This document shows positions 15,176 through 18,791 of a stretch of DNA of 18,791 nt, in pieces. The notes beneath the pieces are model-generated. The model had not been told where the DNA came from. It worked only from the letters and a program-made list of their open reading frames with translations, and made no database searches. Location of the stretch: positions 1-18,791 of the forward strand of contig JBMFKU010000023.1 of NCBI GenBank assembly GCA_049971805.1. Reading direction: 5' to 3'. Origin of the DNA: Caldisphaera sp. (lineage in GTDB: Archaea > Thermoproteota > Thermoprotei_A > Sulfolobales > Acidilobaceae). Every line of letters begins with the position of its first letter. Position 1 is the stretch's first letter. Made by a program: the position numbers and the translations under genes.

Positions 15176-16678
15176 ATGGCAAACAAATTTGAATTATTAG
15201 ATAAACCAATTCATTCTTTTTTTGATGAAATTTCAGAAAAAATACCAAATAATTGTGCATTAATTCAGCTTGAAAATTATCATTGCTATACATGGAAAGA
15301 TCTAAAGACATTATCAGATAAAACAGCTAATTATATAATTAACAATGGTTTTAAAAGTAAACAAATACTTTTTGCAGCTCACAATACTATAGATGCTGTT
15401 ATTGGATTACTTGGAATAATGAAAAGCAATAATATGGCTGTGCTAGTAGATCCATTAACAATTTCAGAAGACTTATTGCAAGAAATTGAAGGAAAAGATA
15501 TTAAAATGGCATTAGTTTCTTGGCAATTTTATGAAAGAGAAGCAATTACTATGAAAAAAGCAGGAATTAATGAAACAATAGTACTGGATGGTCAAGTAAA
15601 AGAAAACGAAGAAGGACCAAAAGTACATTATATAAAAGACATAATAAACCAAAAGACTTTTAATAATAATTTAGAGACAAACTTAAATAATACATCAATA
15701 ATAATGTATTATGCTGGTATAGCCGGAAGAACCATGCAAACCTATCATACATATAAAGGATTATCCTATGCTGTGCAAGCGTTATCAAAAACAATTTCAT
15801 TTGATTTTAAGCCAAATTCGCTTGTCGTCTCTCCAATAACTCACGTACTAGGTCTAGAAGTAAGCTTATTGGTTCCGCTCTTAAATGAAGGAAAAACTAT
15901 AATGGTTCAAAGATGGGATGCCGATTTGGTTAGTAATTCTATCAAGTATCTTGATATTAATTTTATTTCAGGAGCACCAATGATTTTTGATTCTTTAATA
16001 GAAAGTGTTGAAAAGAATAATTATGATTTTAAAAATACAATAAAGTTAGGTATATCTGCAGGAGCTCCGCTCAGGCCAGAAACACAAGATAAATTCTTTA
16101 AAATGTTTAATTCTCCATTAGTGCAGGCATATGGTATGACAGAATCTTGGGTTATTACATACCAACCAAAAGAACTATATCAAATTAAAAATACATTAGG
16201 TATACCAATTTATGGAGCAAAAATTAGAATTGCTGATCCAAACAATCCAACAATAGATGTTAAAAAAGGTGAAGCAGGTGAATTGTTGGTCAGCTGTCCA
16301 TGGTTAATGAAAGGATATGAAGATGAGAAGGAAACTAACAATGCGTTTTATCAAGAATGGCTTAAAACTGGAGATTTGGTTGCAATGGATAATAATCTGC
16401 TATATTTTAAAGGAGTCAAAAAAAGAATGCTCAAATATAAAGCATATCCTATCTTTCCAAAGGACTTGGAAAACATATTGCTCAAGCACGAAGCTGTAAA
16501 AAATGCATACATTTATGGAGAAAAGGATCCAGAAGTAGGTGATATTGTTACTGCAAAGGTTATATTAAAGGATGAATATAAAGGTAAAATTAAGGATGAA
16601 GATTTAATTAAGTTTGTTAACTCTAAAGTTGCTTTCTATAAAAAAATAAGGAAGATTTATTTCGTAGATAAATTTTAA
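15176..16678 (+). CDS. ANL-superfamily (acyl-CoA ligase-like) protein with degenerate ATP-binding motifs, 500 aa
   Basis: Keeps PITHVLG, SAGAPL, QAYGMTES, GEAGEL and WLKTGDL. The P-loop reads YYAGIAGRTMQ and the ORF ends at FVDKF, before the usual PKTxxGK lysine. SD GAGGT at 15162-15166; 17 nt from the upstream stop. Confidence 0.88.
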   Translation: MANKFELLDKPIHSFFDEISEKIPNNCALIQLENYHCYTWKDLKTLSDKTANYIINNGFKSKQILFAAHNTIDAVIGLLGIMKSNNMAVLVDPLTISEDLLQEIEGKDIKMALVSWQFYEREAITMKKAGINETIVLDGQVKENEEGPKVHYIKDIINQKTFNNNLETNLNNTSIIMYYAGIAGRTMQTYHTYKGLSYAVQALSKTISFDFKPNSLVVSPITHVLGLEVSLLVPLLNEGKTIMVQRWDADLVSNSIKYLDINFISGAPMIFDSLIESVEKNNYDFKNTIKLGISAGAPLRPETQDKFFKMFNSPLVQAYGMTESWVITYQPKELYQIKNTLGIPIYGAKIRIADPNNPTIDVKKGEAGELLVSCPWLMKGYEDEKETNNAFYQEWLKTGDLVAMDNNLLYFKGVKKRMLKYKAYPIFPKDLENILLKHEAVKNAYIYGEKDPEVGDIVTAKVILKDEYKGKIKDEDLIKFVNSKVAFYKKIRKIYFVDKF

Positions 16679-16685
16679 TTTTTTT
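16679..16685 (+). terminator. Oligo-T (T7) archaeal terminator
   Basis: Seven Ts immediately after the TAA at 16676-16678, followed by a long intergenic region. Confidence 0.55.
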
Positions 16686-16964
16686 AAGTTTTAAATTATG
16701 ATGATAGTGTAATGTTAATTAAGCTTAATATGAAAAACATTAACTTTTTAATGAAAATTCTATATAAATAATAAAAATTTATGTTGGATACCAAAAGCAT
16801 AATTGGCTTTTAATAATATTATAATAAACTGTTATCGCATAACAAGAAATCTTAATAAAATTTTAGACTTTCTATTTATAGCAAAAATAAGATTAAAATC
16901 AACCCAAATAATCTTTCATTAAACTATTTAATTCTAATATTTATAATAGTTCAGGGGATATAAT

Positions 16965-18224
16965 TTGGAAAAAGATATATTAAATTATATTAATAATTTA
17001 AAAGATGAAGCAATAGATACTTTGATTAAATTGTTAAAAATACCTGCTATAAGCCCTGATTTCGGAGGAGAGGGCGAAATAGATAAAGCCCAAGCATTAG
17101 TAGAAATATTAGAGCAAAAATTTAATTTTGATAAGATAGAAAAGTTCTATGCAAAAGATTTAAGAGCTAAAGAAAAAATAAGACCTAATATTATTGCAAC
17201 ATATAAAGGGGATGAAGAAAAATCATTATGGATAATAACTCACTTAGATGTTGTTCCTCCAGGAGATCTTAAAAGTTGGACTGTAAGTAATCCATTTGAA
17301 CCAAAAATATTTGAAAATAAATTGTATGCAAGAGGTTCTGAAGACAATGGTCAGTCATTAATTTCATCTTTATATGCAGTCAAAGCAATAATGGATAAAA
17401 ATATTAAGACGAAGAGGACAATAAAGTTAGCTTTTGTAAGCGACGAAGAGGCTGGATCTAATTATGGATTAAAATATTTGCTAAATAATCACAACGATTT
17501 GTTTAACAAAGAAGATTTTTATCTTATTCCAGATGCTGGTAACAGTGATGGTACTTTTATTGAAATTGCAGAGAAATCAATATTGCAATTTAAAGTAATT
17601 GTTAAAGGTAAGCAAGTACATGCCTCTACTCCAGATTTAGGGTTAAACTCTCATAGAGTTTCATTATATTTAGCTATGCAGATAGATGAAATGCTACATA
17701 ACACTTTTAAGAATGAAAACAGCCTGTTTGATCCTCCATATTCAACTTTTGAGCCAACAATGGTAAGTAATGGTTCTTCCTCGCCAAACATTATACCAGG
17801 AGTGCATGAAACAGTTTTTGATTGCAGGGTAATTCCTGAATATAAACTCGATGATATATTAGATTGCGTAAACAAATCAATTATAAATATGAAAGGAAAA
17901 TACAAAAAGGTTTTTAACAAATCAGAGTTGCCAGATATCAGTCTAGAAATTATAGATAAAATGGAATCTCCAAAACCAACAAATCCGAACAGCAATTTGG
18001 TTATAGAAATTAAAAAAATAATCAAAGAACTGAGAAATAAAGATGCAAAAATAGGTGGAATTGGAGGAATTACATTTGCCTCTTTTTTAAGAGCTTATGG
18101 TTATGAATCGGTTGTATGGTCAACTATCGATGATGTAGCTCATCAACCTAACGAGTATGCAATCATAGATAATCTTATAAATGATTCAAAGGTATTTGCC
18201 ATGCTTATGTTAAGATTAATGTGA
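16965..18224 (+). CDS. M20 family (ArgE/DapE-like) dinuclear metallohydrolase/peptidase, 419 aa
   Basis: Metal-ligand motifs THLDVVP, ARGSEDNG, SDEEAGS, PDAG and AHQPNE; dimerisation domain GKQVHAS...NIIPG...FDCR. TTG start with SD AGGGGA. Confidence 0.93.
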   Translation: MEKDILNYINNLKDEAIDTLIKLLKIPAISPDFGGEGEIDKAQALVEILEQKFNFDKIEKFYAKDLRAKEKIRPNIIATYKGDEEKSLWIITHLDVVPPGDLKSWTVSNPFEPKIFENKLYARGSEDNGQSLISSLYAVKAIMDKNIKTKRTIKLAFVSDEEAGSNYGLKYLLNNHNDLFNKEDFYLIPDAGNSDGTFIEIAEKSILQFKVIVKGKQVHASTPDLGLNSHRVSLYLAMQIDEMLHNTFKNENSLFDPPYSTFEPTMVSNGSSSPNIIPGVHETVFDCRVIPEYKLDDILDCVNKSIINMKGKYKKVFNKSELPDISLEIIDKMESPKPTNPNSNLVIEIKKIIKELRNKDAKIGGIGGITFASFLRAYGYESVVWSTIDDVAHQPNEYAIIDNLINDSKVFAMLMLRLM

Positions 18225-18228
18225 GAAA

Positions 18229-18609
18229 ATGATTAAATATCAAAAAGATATAAAATTGGAGAATTTGGTTAGATGTGTTATATTATCCTTAAATATGGAT
18301 TATATAAAACAAGACAATGTTTTCATAATACGCAGTTTTAATACAAAAACAAAAGCAGTTGCTAGAATTTATTCTATTCCCTCTGCTATTAGATATGTAA
18401 TGAAAATTGAGCCTATATATGTTATTGAAATCATAAGTGAAAAATTTGATAAACTTACATATGATGAAAAAGTAAAAGTAATAATTCATGAATTATTACA
18501 TATACCTATAGGTTTTACTGGAGGCTTAAGGCCTCACGGTGACAAAGTAAATGAAAGAATAGTTAACAAGCTATTTAAAAAAATAAACTTAGAAAATTGT
18601 ATTTATTAA
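18229..18609 (+). CDS. Small putative zinc metallopeptidase (HEXXH; archaeal COG4900-like), 126 aa
   Basis: IRS..TK..AVARIY, YVIEIISEKFDKL, VIIHELLHIP..F.GGLRPHG. It starts 4 nt after the M20 stop, suggesting co-transcription. Confidence 0.8.
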   Translation: MIKYQKDIKLENLVRCVILSLNMDYIKQDNVFIIRSFNTKTKAVARIYSIPSAIRYVMKIEPIYVIEIISEKFDKLTYDEKVKVIIHELLHIPIGFTGGLRPHGDKVNERIVNKLFKKINLENCIY

Positions 18610-18714
18610 TTTTATTTATACATATTGAACCTTAAAGAACTAAGCATTTAAAATCAGAAATTATAGTCTTAGAAAGTTATAATTTTCATTTTGTAATGGT
18701 TTCCTTATAAACTT

Positions 18715-18791
18715 TTACCTTCTTTCATTCTCGTTAAATTTGATGAAATGTTTGATAAGGTCCTCAACATCCTTTTTTAAGGAGAAGAACA
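18715..18791 (-). CDS. Possible 3' end of a minus-strand gene entering from beyond the window (unknown product)
   Basis: One minus-strand frame is open from the window edge: FFSLKKDVEDLIKHFIKFNENERR*. It is too short to assign. Confidence 0.35.
   Translation of the reverse strand, partial: FFSLKKDVEDLIKHFIKFNENERR

Noticed and set aside
15176-16678. Pseudogene or frameshift explanation for the truncated ligase
   Set aside because: There are no internal stops, the SD and terminator are intact, and no PKTxxGK-like continuation appears in other frames after 16678.
16698-16760. ATGATGA (box C-like) in the intergenic region, suggesting a C/D-box sRNA
   Set aside because: No CTGA box D follows within the expected distance, and the sequence is extremely AT-rich.
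16696-16800. 34-aa hydrophobic minus-strand ORF (MLLVSNINFYYLYRIFIKKLMFFILSLINITLSS)
   Set aside because: It has no SD, and hydrophobic small ORFs are expected by chance in very AT-rich DNA.
16922-16951. Inverted repeat AACTATT-N16-AATAGTT before the M20 gene
   Set aside because: The 7-bp arms are AT-rich and I saw no second copy in the window, so it is not distinguishable from chance.
1477-18489. Short ORF-track entries antisense to or out of frame within real genes (e.g. 1477-1671, 1993-2304, 3004-3252, 4885-5385, 7697-7942, 8088-8399, 10366-10620, 14542-14904, 17651-18025, 18289-18489)
   Set aside because: They overlap well-supported genes, have shadow-ORF composition (rich in S/F/I/L) and show no recognisable motifs.
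1-18791. CRISPR arrays, tRNA/rRNA, IS elements, defence systems
   Set aside because: I saw no regularly spaced repeats, GC-rich structured RNA segments, transposase/integrase ORFs or terminal inverted repeats.

Overview
AT-rich archaeal DNA (GGTGA/GGAGG ribosome-binding sites, BRE-TATA promoters, GTG/TTG starts). It is probably from a thermoacidophilic crenarchaeon such as Acidilobales/Caldisphaera; this is inference only. About 1-16.7 kb is an acyl-CoA (lipid/fatty-acid) catabolism island. It contains the 3' end of an acyl-CoA dehydrogenase, a 3-hydroxyacyl-CoA dehydrogenase/enoyl-CoA hydratase fusion, four AMP-forming ligase-family genes, a ketopantoate reductase, two thiolase-fold genes followed by two DUF35 genes, and an orphan PKD-domain ABC solute-binding protein. 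An M20 metallohydrolase and a small HEXXH protein follow. Three signals stand out. (1) Both 'thiolases' lack the catalytic Cys/His and resemble the actinobacterial Ltp4/Ltp3 + Rv3521 retro-aldolase module, suggesting an archaeal route for beta-branched acyl-CoAs. (2) An Acs-like ligase with eroded CoA-binding motifs sits next to a ligase paralog that has lost its ATP-binding motifs. (3) A palindromic RTAYAC-N6-GTRTAY candidate operator recurs in the promoters of the ligase genes. No rRNA, tRNA, CRISPR array or mobile element was seen. All family assignments come from motif recognition and recalled sequences, not database searches.
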